DNA of 64,000 bases from Candidatus Marinacidobacterales bacterium (GTDB lineage: Bacteria > Acidobacteriota > Vicinamibacteria > Marinacidobacterales > SMYC01): the NCBI GenBank assembly GCA_965237955.1, contig OZ250169.1:4064001-4128000 (forward strand), read 5' to 3'. Below, piece by piece: positions 1 through 10,252 of the stretch. Within the stretch, counting starts at the first letter, position 1; each line of letters begins with the position of its first letter. The notes beneath the pieces were generated by a model that was not told the origin of the DNA, made no database searches, and saw only the letters and a program-made list of their open reading frames with translations. A program made the position numbers and the translations under genes.

Positions 1-501
1 CGGGCCAGCCAATCTACCGAGCCAATTCCGCCACTTGAGATCCCGGGGCTCGGGAGAAGGCATCGAGCCGTTTGAGGAGTCGATCGAATTCTCAGACGTC
101 GATACTGTTCGGTTCAAGAGAGTGGCATCCCGGGGCGGCGCCTTTCGAGGCGTGGTCTCCGTCGGAGTAGGTGTGGAGCTCGGTCCAACTGGAGCTGGTG
201 CGCGGTCGACGATCGCCTGGCTGGGATCCAACTGGACGATTTTCTTGTTGAGGGCCAAAGCTTGGATCTTGAACCCCGCCTGCGCCAGCTCGTCAGCGAC
301 CATCCGATATTGTCGGACGGCCTCATCGTCCCGCCCGGTAAGGGCCACGGCATCAGCATAACGGAGCCGGATTCGGGTATTCTTCGGATCCCTCTCGAGT
401 AGCTGCTGAAACCAACCGAGCGCGCGCTCGTAATCTCCTTTCCGAATGCACTGCAGGATTTCTGCAAACGGATCCAGTTCTGTCTTGGAAAAAAACTTCA
501 T
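1..501 (-). CDS. TPR-repeat protein, N-terminal part (runs off window edge)
   Basis: Not in the ORF track because it has no stop in the window. ATG at 501-499 reads MKFFSKTELDPFAEILQCIRKGDYERALGWFQQLLERDPKNTRIRLRYADAVALTGRDDEAVRQY, a TPR-like helical pattern followed by a Pro/Thr/Ser linker. Confidence 0.75.
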   Translation of the reverse strand, partial: MKFFSKTELDPFAEILQCIRKGDYERALGWFQQLLERDPKNTRIRLRYADAVALTGRDDEAVRQYRMVADELAQAGFKIQALALNKKIVQLDPSQAIVDRAPAPVGPSSTPTPTETTPRKAPPRDATLLNRTVSTSENSIDSSNGSMPSPEPRDLKWRNWLGRLAGP

Positions 502-760
502 CGAGACTCCCGCTTGCCAAAGGGGGGACTGGACTTCGAGGGTTTCAGACTTTATGCTATGAGAACAATTATAAAGTGTAACCGGTTCATTGCCAAGCGT
601 CGGAATCGATTAAAGATCGCAAGAAATCAATGACGGTTCGTCCGTTTTCTCTGAACCTACATGTCTTTGGCCGAGGGTCCAGCCGCCGTCTCGGTGTGGT
701 TGTTGCACTACGCCGTATTGCTACTCTCTAGTGCTTGGCCGTATCCATTCGTGTCGGTAA

Positions 761-793
761 GGGGATTCCCCCCCGAGCCATGGGGGAAACCCC
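761..793. promoter_or_regulatory. Inverted repeat upstream of the EAL gene
   Basis: GGGGATTCCCCC (761-772) pairs with GGGGGAAACCCC (782-793), 11/12 bp, 9-nt loop. Function unknown. Confidence 0.4.
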
Positions 794-847
794 GCGCTCA
801 CGGCCCCTACGATGCCGATCTTGCGGAGAGATCCTGGGGAGCGAGGA

Positions 848-862
848 GGGCACGTTTTTTGC
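848..862 (+). promoter_or_regulatory. Putative sigma54 -24/-12 promoter
   Basis: GGGCAC-GTTTT-TTGC matches TGGCAC-N5-TTGC with exact GG/GC spacing, just upstream of ATG 880/889. Confidence 0.55.
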
Positions 863-879
863 TTTGCTGACCCAGAAGG

Positions 880-2166
880 ATGAGTTTGATGACTGACTTA
901 GACGCAATATCCTACCAGGAACGGCTAGAGGAGCTCCTCGCAATCCTGGCTCAGCGTGGAAGCCTGGCGGCACTCCTCGTTGACCTAACGCAAGTCTCCC
1001 GAACAGAGCACGATTACGGCTCGAGTGCCTACGAGAGCGAGCTGGGCCGAGCGTCCGACCTCATCTTGAGGCTCATTGGGACGCAGGTGCGGACCGGCGA
1101 CATCCTTGCCACCAGCGAAAAGGCCAGAGATGCGTTCCTGGTCTTTCTATCTCCCCAGCGTATGCGGCAGGCCCTGCGCCTATCCGGGCTTCAGGCCGCG
1201 GCGGGACGCATCGAACACTACCTAAACCGATCGCTGGCCGAGCTGCCCTCACCCTACATGCGCAAGCCCTTGAATGTGACGGTCGGCTCCGCGATCGTGC
1301 TGCACAACCCGCTGGTGGCGCCGCAACGCCTCATTTCGCGTTTGGTGGACGAAGCCTGGGATTCTGTTCGTTTCCAGCGTCTTCAGCGTCAGTACCAGAA
1401 ACGTTCTCACCTCATGGAGATCCTCCTCAACCGAGAGATCACGACGCTCTATCAACCCATTGTGGACATGCGGACGGAGGCAGTGCTGGGCTACGAGGCT
1501 TTGAGTCGCGGCCCCGAGAGCACGACGATGGAAAGTCCGCTCGAGCTCTTTGAGGTAGCCGCCGAATCAGGCTTGACGTTCGAGCTCGACCAGCTCTGTC
1601 GGCGCTTGGCCCTCACCAGCTCCCGTGGCTTGCCGCCTTCAGCCAAAGTTTTCATCAACATCTTGCCTGCTACGACGTACGATCCCGAATTCAAGGCCGC
1701 GAACGTCTGTCGCGTCTTGGACAATCTAGGGCTGGCTCCTGAACAAGTGATCTTCGAGTTGACGGGGACGCACGAGATGGTGCACGACTCTACGCTCAAA
1801 AAGGCAATCGAAGACCTAGCTGAGAGCGGATTGAGCATTGCCGTGGACGACATCGGAGTTGGTGTTTCCCTGGAGAAGATCGCCCACCTGCGTCCCCGCT
1901 ATGTAAAGCCTGACGTGGAGCTCGTGCGAGAAATCCACAACGACTACGTGCGGCGCGAGACTATAAAAGCCATGAAAGTTCTCGCCGACCGGCTAGAGTG
2001 CACGATCATCGCCAAGGGAGTCGAGCGACCCGAAGAGCTCGAGACCCTGAAGGAACTTGGTGTCGAGTACGGCCAGGGTTTCCTGCTAGGTCTCCCGGAG
2101 CCTCGATTTGGTGAATCGCCCGCCGACTCCAAGAAGGTAGATTCGACCCTCCAGGAAAGCCGCTAA
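880..2166 (+). CDS. Degenerate GGDEF-like + EAL domain protein (c-di-GMP signalling)
   Basis: YQPIVD, YEALSRG, FINI, VDDIG, VKPD, AKGVE, GQGF. The GGDEF site is absent (SEKARDAF). Start may be ATG 889. Confidence 0.85.
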   Translation: MSLMTDLDAISYQERLEELLAILAQRGSLAALLVDLTQVSRTEHDYGSSAYESELGRASDLILRLIGTQVRTGDILATSEKARDAFLVFLSPQRMRQALRLSGLQAAAGRIEHYLNRSLAELPSPYMRKPLNVTVGSAIVLHNPLVAPQRLISRLVDEAWDSVRFQRLQRQYQKRSHLMEILLNREITTLYQPIVDMRTEAVLGYEALSRGPESTTMESPLELFEVAAESGLTFELDQLCRRLALTSSRGLPPSAKVFINILPATTYDPEFKAANVCRVLDNLGLAPEQVIFELTGTHEMVHDSTLKKAIEDLAESGLSIAVDDIGVGVSLEKIAHLRPRYVKPDVELVREIHNDYVRRETIKAMKVLADRLECTIIAKGVERPEELETLKELGVEYGQGFLLGLPEPRFGESPADSKKVDSTLQESR

Positions 2167-2470
2167 TGTCGAGAGAGCTGTTTCCGAGCGTGCGCCTGTA
2201 CCTGAAGAAAAGATTCTCGACGGCGCCCTGTCCGCCCTGTCCGCCCTCTCGACGATACCCTGACTCCCGCTGCCAGCCTTGGCGCCCGACTTTGCGAATC
2301 GTCTCGAGCGTCGCGTTCCGCTGCGCCCCACGTGCCCTCGGCGCCGTCCGCAGGCACCGCCCCTCGTCGAGGTGGGATCACGATCTTGATGTCCGCGGTG
2401 CCGACCTCACCGAGCAGCTCGTACACTGACCGCGTGTCGTAGGCCCCATCGGCTGTGAAACGGTCTCGAG
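2163..2470 (-). pseudogene. IS5-family transposase C-terminal remnant
   Basis: RFTADGAYDTRSVYE...IVIPPRRGA, then in another frame WQRESGY...VENLFFRYKRTLGNS. Similar to the IS5 transposase at 28572; frameshifted and truncated. Confidence 0.8.
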
Positions 2471-2481
2471 CTTGCTCAAGA

Positions 2482-3648
2482 TTACTCGTACACCATCCAA
2501 AGAGGACCGGGAAAGAGCCAGGACAGCCCCTCGCGACTCCGGTCACGCCAGTTTTCCCAGTTGTGACCGTCACGCGCTTCGACGTAGCGGATCTCCATGC
2601 CCGTCTTTTGAAGAAACGGCACCAGGGAGCGGTTCTCGTAAATATTCGCCTCGTAGGTGCCACAACTGACAAAGACTTTTTCGCTCACCGACTTCGGATC
2701 TTCACGATACGCGTTCATGAACTCCACGATCGGATCGAACGCCGGACCGCGCTGGTGCTGGCCGATATCGCTGAAAGCGAACGAGCCCGACTGCAGCAAT
2801 AGGCGTCCATAAAAACCGGGATACCGCCAGGCAGTGGAAAGCGCCGCCACCGCACCGAAGCTCGCACCCATGAGTCCCCGATGCTTGGGCGCTTTCAAGA
2901 GCGGAAGCTCGCTTTCGAGAAACGGAACGAGCTCTTCGGTGAGAAAGCGCGCATGGGGCTCATGGTTCGCATATTCCACCAACCGTTTTTCCGGATGGGT
3001 CATGGCGACGATCATCCCCGGAATCTCGAGACGAGTCATCAAATTGTCGAACACCGTCTTCAGGCCCGAGTACTTCAGGTAGTCCGGTCCATCGTGAACG
3101 ACCAGAAGCGGGTATCGCCTCGTGGTACGAAACCGAGCCGGCAAATAGAGCAACACCTGCCGTGTGCCCCCGAGGGCTTGGCTCTCGAACGCCATCTCCT
3201 TGAGCGTACCGGGGCGCGCATCGGGATCGGGCTGGGCCCATTCGGGAACCTCGTAGCCGGTCGTGTGGCACACGGAGTTCTCACCGAAAGGATCCGAGGC
3301 GCGGTGCGGATTGAGCGGGTCGAGGAGCCACTCCATCTTCCCGTGATGGGTCTGCTGAAGTTTGTACTCGATGCGAGAGTCGGGCGGAAGCTCCATCACC
3401 AAATACCACAGGTCGGTGCCCTCGACGTGTTTGAACAGCTGCGAGGAGGGGAGCCCGTAGATCCAGTGCCCGAGGTAGACCGCCTCGGCCGGCCCGCGGT
3501 ACACGAACGTCGTGTACGAACCTTCGTTCACAGGGAACTCGTGCTCTTCGATGAACGCGTCGATCTCCGCGCGGCTCGGCTTCTTGTCGGCGACGCTATG
3601 GATCGCGAGCTTGCGCTCGATAATCTGTTCCTGCTCGCGCGTTACCAC
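2482..3648 (-). CDS. Enterochelin-esterase-like alpha/beta hydrolase with N-terminal beta-sandwich
   Basis: GASFGA nucleophile elbow, HDG, DGHNWENWRDR. GTG start overlaps the upstream stop. Confidence 0.8.
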   Translation of the reverse strand: MVTREQEQIIERKLAIHSVADKKPSRAEIDAFIEEHEFPVNEGSYTTFVYRGPAEAVYLGHWIYGLPSSQLFKHVEGTDLWYLVMELPPDSRIEYKLQQTHHGKMEWLLDPLNPHRASDPFGENSVCHTTGYEVPEWAQPDPDARPGTLKEMAFESQALGGTRQVLLYLPARFRTTRRYPLLVVHDGPDYLKYSGLKTVFDNLMTRLEIPGMIVAMTHPEKRLVEYANHEPHARFLTEELVPFLESELPLLKAPKHRGLMGASFGAVAALSTAWRYPGFYGRLLLQSGSFAFSDIGQHQRGPAFDPIVEFMNAYREDPKSVSEKVFVSCGTYEANIYENRSLVPFLQKTGMEIRYVEARDGHNWENWRDRSREGLSWLFPGPLWMVYE

Positions 3649-4586
3649 GATGTCACCGTCTCCACCTCTCCGGCGGTTGCGAGGCGCTGCACCTCGTCGT
3701 GTGCCGACCACGCTTTGCCGTCCCAGGAAATACAGTCGCCATCACCCATAATGATGCAGAAGTCCGGGAGAAAACGTCTCGCGAACGACGCCACGCCGTG
3801 CCGCTCTTCGAGGTCGAGGCGTTTCCGCCCATCGGGCAGGGCGACGATACCGGGGCAGAGGCCGAGGCCTTCTTCGACGACCTCCGGGTTTCCCGGTCCT
3901 TGCGGTGGGTGATCGTGAAACAAAACCACGCGCTCGGTGAGCACCATGGCGCCCGCGGACCAGGCGATCAACGTCTTCCCATCGAGAAGCTCTTTCATAC
4001 CGAACAGCCGCAACCGATTCAATAGCACGGCGACATGCCCTCCAGTGATGACCACCGCGGGCGCGTTTGTGAGAAGACTTTTCACCTCTTCTCGTTCGTG
4101 CGCGATCGCGTCGCGCTCCACAGGCTTCCACTTCTGCTCGAACTCGGTTCGTATCTCGACGATGCGTTGTAAATGCCAGGCGTCGAGCTCGCGTAGCTGT
4201 TGGATCGCATGCTCCTGCTCGGGCTCGAGGACCTCTCGATGGCCGTCGGCAACGAGCAAGCGGCGAACGCTTTCGACGACGTACGACAGCCGCAAGTCGT
4301 AGAATCCCTCGACTTCGCGCAGCATACGCTGCATTTCGCGATGCGCTTCTCGAAACTCCGGATCGGTCCTGAACACATGATCGGCGCGCCGGTAGAGCTC
4401 CAGGTCCAGGGAGCGTCCATTCAAATAGGTGTCGAGCTCTTCATCCTCCCCTTCCCGCTCTTGCCAACCGGCAGTCACCACCGCGATGGGTCCATCGGGA
4501 AGATCGAGCTCCTCGAATCGCTCTCCGAGACTCGGAGCATGGTATTGCGGGCCGAGGAGCCAGATGGTTCGATTTTCCTTTGTCAC
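3642..4586 (-). CDS. Peptidase S51 / class I glutamine-amidotransferase-like protein
   Basis: ITGGHV and AWSAGAM motifs. GTG at 4586 overlaps the TGA of the upstream fragment. Confidence 0.7.
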   Translation of the reverse strand: MTKENRTIWLLGPQYHAPSLGERFEELDLPDGPIAVVTAGWQEREGEDEELDTYLNGRSLDLELYRRADHVFRTDPEFREAHREMQRMLREVEGFYDLRLSYVVESVRRLLVADGHREVLEPEQEHAIQQLRELDAWHLQRIVEIRTEFEQKWKPVERDAIAHEREEVKSLLTNAPAVVITGGHVAVLLNRLRLFGMKELLDGKTLIAWSAGAMVLTERVVLFHDHPPQGPGNPEVVEEGLGLCPGIVALPDGRKRLDLEERHGVASFARRFLPDFCIIMGDGDCISWDGKAWSAHDEVQRLATAGEVETVTSW

Positions 4587-4730
4587 TCTGCCCTGACCTT
4601 CACCGTCTCTCCTGTACGGTCCAACATTCGACGCAGCTGATCGTAGTCCGGATGGCGCATGCGAATCCACGCGTTCGCCATGTAACCCTCGGTGACAGGC
4701 TGGGTCGGCTCTCCCGCACGGGGAAGTTTG
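4583..4730 (-). pseudogene. C-terminal tail of a probable ATP-grasp protein, 5' part lost
   Basis: LPRAGEPTQPVTEGYMANAWIRMRHPDYDQLRRMLD resembles the tail of ATP-grasp proteins of esterase-linked operons. No ATP-grasp core upstream. Confidence 0.5.
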
Positions 4731-5405
4731 GTGGACGTTCCCGGAATCGAAAGCGCCTCTCTCACGTGGGCCGCCGGGAGGATGTGGGCTTCGACGGTCG
4801 CTTCGAGCCGATCTACCGGAAGTTTCGAGCGCAGCCAACCGACCTTTTCCGCGACCGCCCCCTCGTCCACGACCGAACCGACTTGCTCGTAATGTGTCAA
4901 CCAACGCTTGAGGTCGTCGTCGAGCGAGTCCTTCGGACGCTCACCGATGCCGGTCACGACGACGCCAACGTCAGGAGCGCGCGGGCAAACTCCCGCTGAT
5001 TGTGCGGAAACGAAGGTTCGATGAGAATGACGTGCACGGCGCTGACCCCTGAAACGTGAGACAGCCGCTAATGTATCAGGAGTCGGCGATAGATCGCGAC
5101 ATAGCGCTCCGCCTGCTGCTCCCAGGAGAAATCTTCGGCCATGCCGTTGGTCACCACCGCTCCCGAGAATGTTGAGGCAATGGTATCTGTTCCTTAAGCA
5201 TTGTACCGCAGTGAAAGACACGGTGAAGGTCGTCGGTACGGCGCGCCATTCCGCCGCCTATCATCTCCTGCGCGTCTGGCATGGTCTCCCGCCACTGCCC
5301 TACCTCGGGCAACAGCTTGCCTACATCCGAGACGATGAAAGCCTAAACCACGTCTGAACCATTCCCGCGTTGGGGTATTTTGCGCGCGGGGTTTACAATG
5401 TGCCG

Positions 5406-8048
5406 ATGTCACTTGCCCCCGACACCCGTCTGAACGCCTACCGCATCCTCAGCCTGCTCGGCAAGGGCGGCATGGGGGAGGTATATCGCGCCGATGACAC
5501 CAAGCTGAAGCGCGAGGTCGCGATCAAAATCCTTCCCGAAGCTTTCGCCCGCGACGAAGAGCGGTTGAAGCGCTTCGAGCGCGAGGCGCAGATGCTGGCC
5601 TCACTCAACCATCCCAACATCGCGTCTATCTACGGTCTCGAAGAAGACGGCGGCCGGCTGTTCCTGGTGCTCGAGCTCGTCGAGGGGCCGACGCTCGCGG
5701 AGCGCATCCAAGAAGGGCCGATTCCTCTCGAGGAAGCTCTTCGCATCGCGCGCCAGATTGCCGAAGCGCTCTTCGAAGCTCACGAGAAGGGGATCATCCA
5801 TCGCGATCTGAAGCCGGCTAATGCGAAGCTGACGCCGGAGGGTCAGGTCAAAGTTCTGGACTTCGGTTTGGCGAAAGCGTTTTCCGGAGACACCGTAGAA
5901 GGCCGGGCGTCGAGCGAGCTCTCGCAATCACCCACGCTCTCGCGCCAGGCGACAGCGGCCGGTCTCATCCTCGGCACCGCGGCCTATATGTCTCCCGAAC
6001 AAGCGAAGGGAAAAAAGTGGACCGGCGGACCGACGTCTGGGCGTTCGGTGTCGTGCTTTATGAAATGCTGACGGGAAAGCGCCTCTTCGATGGCGAGGAT
6101 GTCTCGGAAACACTCGCCGCGGTGCTGCGCGCCGAGCCCGACTGGGGTGCACTGCCGGCCGAAACACCCTCGGCGATTCGACGACTGCTTCGGCGCGCGC
6201 TCACCAAAAACCGTCGCGAGCGCCTGGGGGACATTGGTGACGCTCGCCTGGAGATTAAGGAGACCGAAACCGAGACTGAGGACGCCCCGAAAGCAGAAGC
6301 TTCCGCGCCGAGCAAGCGCTCGATGCCTCTCTTGCTCGCGGGTTTGTTCTTGATCGCGATCACCACGGTCCTCGCATGGAGTCTTTGGCGTTCCGGATCG
6401 GAGCCGGGCACCGTCACCCGCTACACGCTCGTCTTCCCCGAGACCGACCACGTGAGCATCAACAGCGGTCTCGCCTGGTCGCCTGACGGTAAGCTCCTCG
6501 CTTACCCGGCAAGTCGGGACGGTGTGGTGCAGTTGTTCTTACGGGCGCGCGACCGTCTCGAGCCGATCCCGCTCCCGGATACCGAAGGGGCGATGAGCCC
6601 GTTCTTCTCGCCCAACGGCGAGTGGGTCGGTTTCTTCACGGGCGATAGTCTCAAGAAGGTGGCGGTGGACGGCGGGCCCGTCCGTGACGCTCTGTCCGAC
6701 AAACCACAGATACGGGGCGACGTGGGGCCCCAACGACACCATCGTGTTCGCCTCGTTGAGTGCGCCCGGCCTCATGCGCGTTCCGGCGGCGGGAGGGGAG
6801 CCGACACTTCTGACAACGCCCGACCCGGAAGAGGGCCGCCACAACTGGCCCGAGTTTCTGCCGGACGGCAGAGCCGTTCTCTTTACGATCTCGAAGGGCC
6901 GACCTATCTCGGACAAGAAGATCGCGGTGTTGTCGCTCGAGTCGGGGGAAATGAAAATCTTGGTAGATGGAATGGGCCCGCGGTTTGCCGCGTCCGGCCA
7001 TCTCGTCTTCGGGCGGGAGGCATCGCTCTGGGCGGTGCCATTCGATCCCGATAGGCTCACTGTCGAAGGCACACCGGCGCCCGTCGTCGAAGATGTGCAG
7101 GTCAATGCCGGCGGTGGCAGGGCGCTCTACGACGTGGCGCCGGACGGCTCCCTTGCTTACCGATCGGGGCGGGCCTGGTTTGGGAACCTCAACGCTATCG
7201 ATCGCGAAGGAGCGTCCACGCCCCTCGTCGACGAGCCGCGCTTTTACACGGAGCCACGGTTCTCTCCGGATGGACGGCGCATCGCCGTCCGGGCGGACAG
7301 CGATATCTGGATACTCAACGTCGCCCGCGGCACCCTCAGCCGGCTCACCGTGGGGGGAGCGCGGGCGCCGGTGTGGACGCCGGATGGAGCTCGAGTCACC
7401 TTTTCAGGCAGCGCAGGAAGTGGAGCCGAGGGCGTCTTCTGGAAACCGGCGGACGGAAGCGGGGAGGCGGAGCAGCTCGCGAGCCTCGAGCATCGATCAC
7501 GGCTCGGCTCGTGGTCTCCCGACGGCGAAACGCTGGTATTCAACGTATTGCATCCGTCCACGGGATGGGATCTCTGGGTGTTGCCGCGAGACGGCCAACC
7601 GCAACCGTTCCTCGCGACACCCTTCGCGGAACGACAACCCGAGCTCTCACCGGACGGACGGTGGCTTCTCTATTCCTCGGACGAGTCCGGCCGAATCGAG
7701 GTCTATCTCCAGCCGTATCCCGGTCCGGGCCAGCGCATCAAAGTGTCGACGGCAGGCGGAACCGAGCCAAGCTGGTCCCGTGACGGCCGCGAGATCTTCT
7801 ACCGGGATGGCGCACGAGGCGACCTGATGGTGGTGTCGTTCGATGCTCGGGCCGAGCCTTCCGTGGGTCAACCTCGCTTTCTTTTCGAGGCGGGTGACCA
7901 ACTCGTCGGAACGTTCGGTCGTAGGCACTATGACATTTCGCCCGACGGACGGCGCTTCGTGACGGTTTCGTTCGGCTTACGGCTCGGAGAGATTCCCGTC
8001 GTCCTCAACTGGCACGAAGAGCTGAAAGAGCGCGTTCCCACGGAGTGA
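5406..8048 (+). CDS. Ser/Thr protein kinase - TM - PD40/TolB-like propeller (two frameshifts, ~6013 and ~6678)
   Basis: GKGGMGEVY, VAIK, HRDLKPAN, DFGLAK, YMSPEQ, then TDVWAFG, a TM helix and WSPDG repeats. Both indels lie in homopolymers (A6, CCC). Confidence 0.9.
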
Positions 8049-8252
8049 CATGGGACACTTTGACCTGGCACCCGGCACCCGACTCGGCCAGGGGAAAAAA
8101 GGGGACAGGTACTGAAGAATCCCCACCAAGTCTTTCGTAGGAACGGAAAAACGCCACAGAAGTACAGAGCCACAGAGGGCACGGTGCGCGCGTCAAGGCT
8201 TCCCTCGCCTCGCTCTGCGCTTCGCGACCCTGACACAGGGCGACACGCACTA

Positions 8253-8349
8253 CGCGCCGTGGTGATTCGATAAGTGGGCGATGTGCGGACGGGGCGCCGG
8301 CACCAGGTTGGGGCGTCGTGCTTGGGGTAACTGTGTCCGGACACAGTTG
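8253..8349 (-). repeat. Left arm of an imperfect inverted repeat flanking the HNH gene, with a 20-bp perfect palindrome
   Basis: Reverse complement of 8253-8288 matches 9731-9766 at 30/36. AACTGTGTCCGGACACAGTT at 8329-8348. Confidence 0.8.
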
Positions 8350-8578
8350 GTGTGAGCGCTTTAGAAAAAAAGTAGAACAAAACCAAAGTTTTGCTTGACA
8401 GCCTTTTGGAAGCGCTTTGGAAAAAAGCGTAGATGCGCTCTGTCGTGCGCCTGTACGTGCGTTAGAGACACGATGGTCGCCTTGTCGTCGTCGTCGAGAC
8501 TTCGAAAGAGGGTTGACGTCTCGGCGCTTCGCACACGCGAAATGCGAGCGACGAAAAAGTCCATGCTATAAGAAACAA

Positions 8579-9670
8579 ATGAACGACAAAGACGATTTGA
8601 AATCACTTTCCGACGACGAGTTGCTTCGTTGTTTGTCCGAGGTGTTGGCGCAGTCGCGGCGGTTGGAGTGGGTTCTTGTCGCACACATTGCCGAAGTCGA
8701 TGCGCGGCAACTTTATGCGAGTGAAGGATCACCTTCGATGTTTCAATACTGCCTCGAGGTTTTGCATTTGTCGGAGTCGGAAGCCTATCGACGCATCGCA
8801 GCAGCTCGTCTCTCACGCAGCTATCCTGTGCTCCTAAAGATGCTCGAGGATGGACGCATTCACTTGGCTGGTATCGCAGTACTGAAAAAGCATCTAACGG
8901 ACGCCAACTACGAAGACGTTTTGGCTCGAGCCACTCACAAGACTAAACGTGAGCTCGAAGAGCTCGTGGCCGAGCTCGCGCCGAAGCCTGATGTTGCTCC
9001 GACGATTCGAAAGCGGCCACAACGCAAAGCCGAGTCCGAGCCATTGAAATTGAGCTCGTCGACCCAACTGTGTCCGGACACAGTTGAACCAAAGGCACCG
9101 GCAGCGAAGCCAGAGCCTCGGGCGACTCGTGAGAGGCCGGCAACCGTCAAACCACTGTCACCTGCGCGCTACAAAGTGGCGTTCACGGCGAGCGAGGAGC
9201 TCCGTGACAAACTCGAGCGGCTCCAAGCACTCATACCCGGCGGCGACCTCGCTTCCATCATCGACGCAGCCGTGAGCGAGAAACTCGAACGTCTCGAAGC
9301 CAAACGGTATGGCAAGACGAACAAGCCGAGAAAAAACCTCGAAGACGCCAACACCTGACCGGGCGTGCGCGGCATCTCCGCCGCGGTGAAACGCGCCGTC
9401 TGGGCGCGCGATCGGGGTCAATGTACCTTCCTCAACGCCCGGGGCAAACGCTGCCCGGAGCGCCACCGGCTCGAGTTCCATCACGACGAACCCTACGCGT
9501 TAGGTGGAGATCGAAGCGTGAACAACGTACGACTGGCGTGCCCGGCTCATAACGCCTACATGGCTGAGCTTGACTACGGTAGGGAGAAAATGGACCGGCA
9601 CCGGCGCTCGGCCGACCGAGTCGGCGAACCTCAGCCCACGCTCGAGCTCTGCCGGGACAACGTTGCCTGA
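8579..9670 (+). pseudogene. DUF222-like / HNH endonuclease with in-frame TGA at 9356-9358
   Basis: LVAHIAEVDARQLYASEGSPSMFQYC N-domain. C-terminal RDRGQCTF..CPERHRLEFHH..GG..NVRLACPAHN HNH motif is in the same frame after the TGA. Confidence 0.85.
9065..9086. repeat. 22-bp perfect palindrome inside the HNH gene
   Basis: CAACTGTGTCCGGACACAGTTG, same core as 8329-8348. Confidence 0.9.
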
Positions 9671-9766
9671 AACACACCGCCCTCGCACGACAGCCACAAA
9701 CCGCGTGCCCGGCGCCCGCCGAAGGCCCGGCCGCCCATCGCCCACGTACCGAATCGTTACGGCGCG
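9644..9766 (+). repeat. Right arm of the inverted repeat flanking the HNH gene
   Basis: Starts with a degenerate palindrome copy (15/22) and aligns with gaps to the reverse complement of 8253-8349. Confidence 0.75.
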
Positions 9767-10017
9767 CGCGCTCCGTGGTTCACTGACCAGGCCATGGCCA
9801 CACGGACCGCTCGCCCATCCACGTCGAGACACTCCTGGCGTCGTAGTTGGGGAGAGGAGGCGCTGGCCGAATCGCTTGCCCGACATCGCGCGTCGGTGCC
9901 GACGTGATTCTCCTGGCCGGCGGGATGACTAGATCGCGACGACGAATAGACCGGCGCCAGTCGGCCGTAGCGCGCTGAGACTCGCCTTTGAAGTTCGAGC
10001 CGCGTCAGCGAGGAACC

Positions 10018-10160
10018 TCAGAGGCTGACGACTTCCATGCTCTTTTTGACTTCGTGCTTCCCCTCGAGCAGTTTGTCGATCGCGTCGAGCGTCGTGGCGT
10101 GATAGAAACGCTCTCCGCTTTGTCGGCAAACCTCGGCGTCGACGTTCTCCAGAATCCACT
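10018..10160 (-). pseudogene. YgiT/MqsA-type zinc-finger antitoxin remnant
   Basis: ILENVDAEVCRQSGERFYHATTLDAIDKLL. Second CxxC is decayed and the N-terminal CxxC is missing. Confidence 0.55.
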
Positions 10161-10252
10161 CTGCCCGTCGAATCAGATGGCTACGCAGATTGGAGTTGAA
10201 TTCAGTGGACGTCGAACCTCTTCCAGTGTGCGAGAGGGTCCAGCCGAAGCGA

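Noticed and set aside
740-840. c-di-GMP riboswitch upstream of the EAL gene
   Set aside because: Only one hairpin, no class I/II architecture recognised, and it lies upstream of the predicted promoter. An Rfam scan would settle it.
5169-5357. Short ORF vaguely like an integrase C-terminus
   Set aside because: Motif match too weak; no SD or context.
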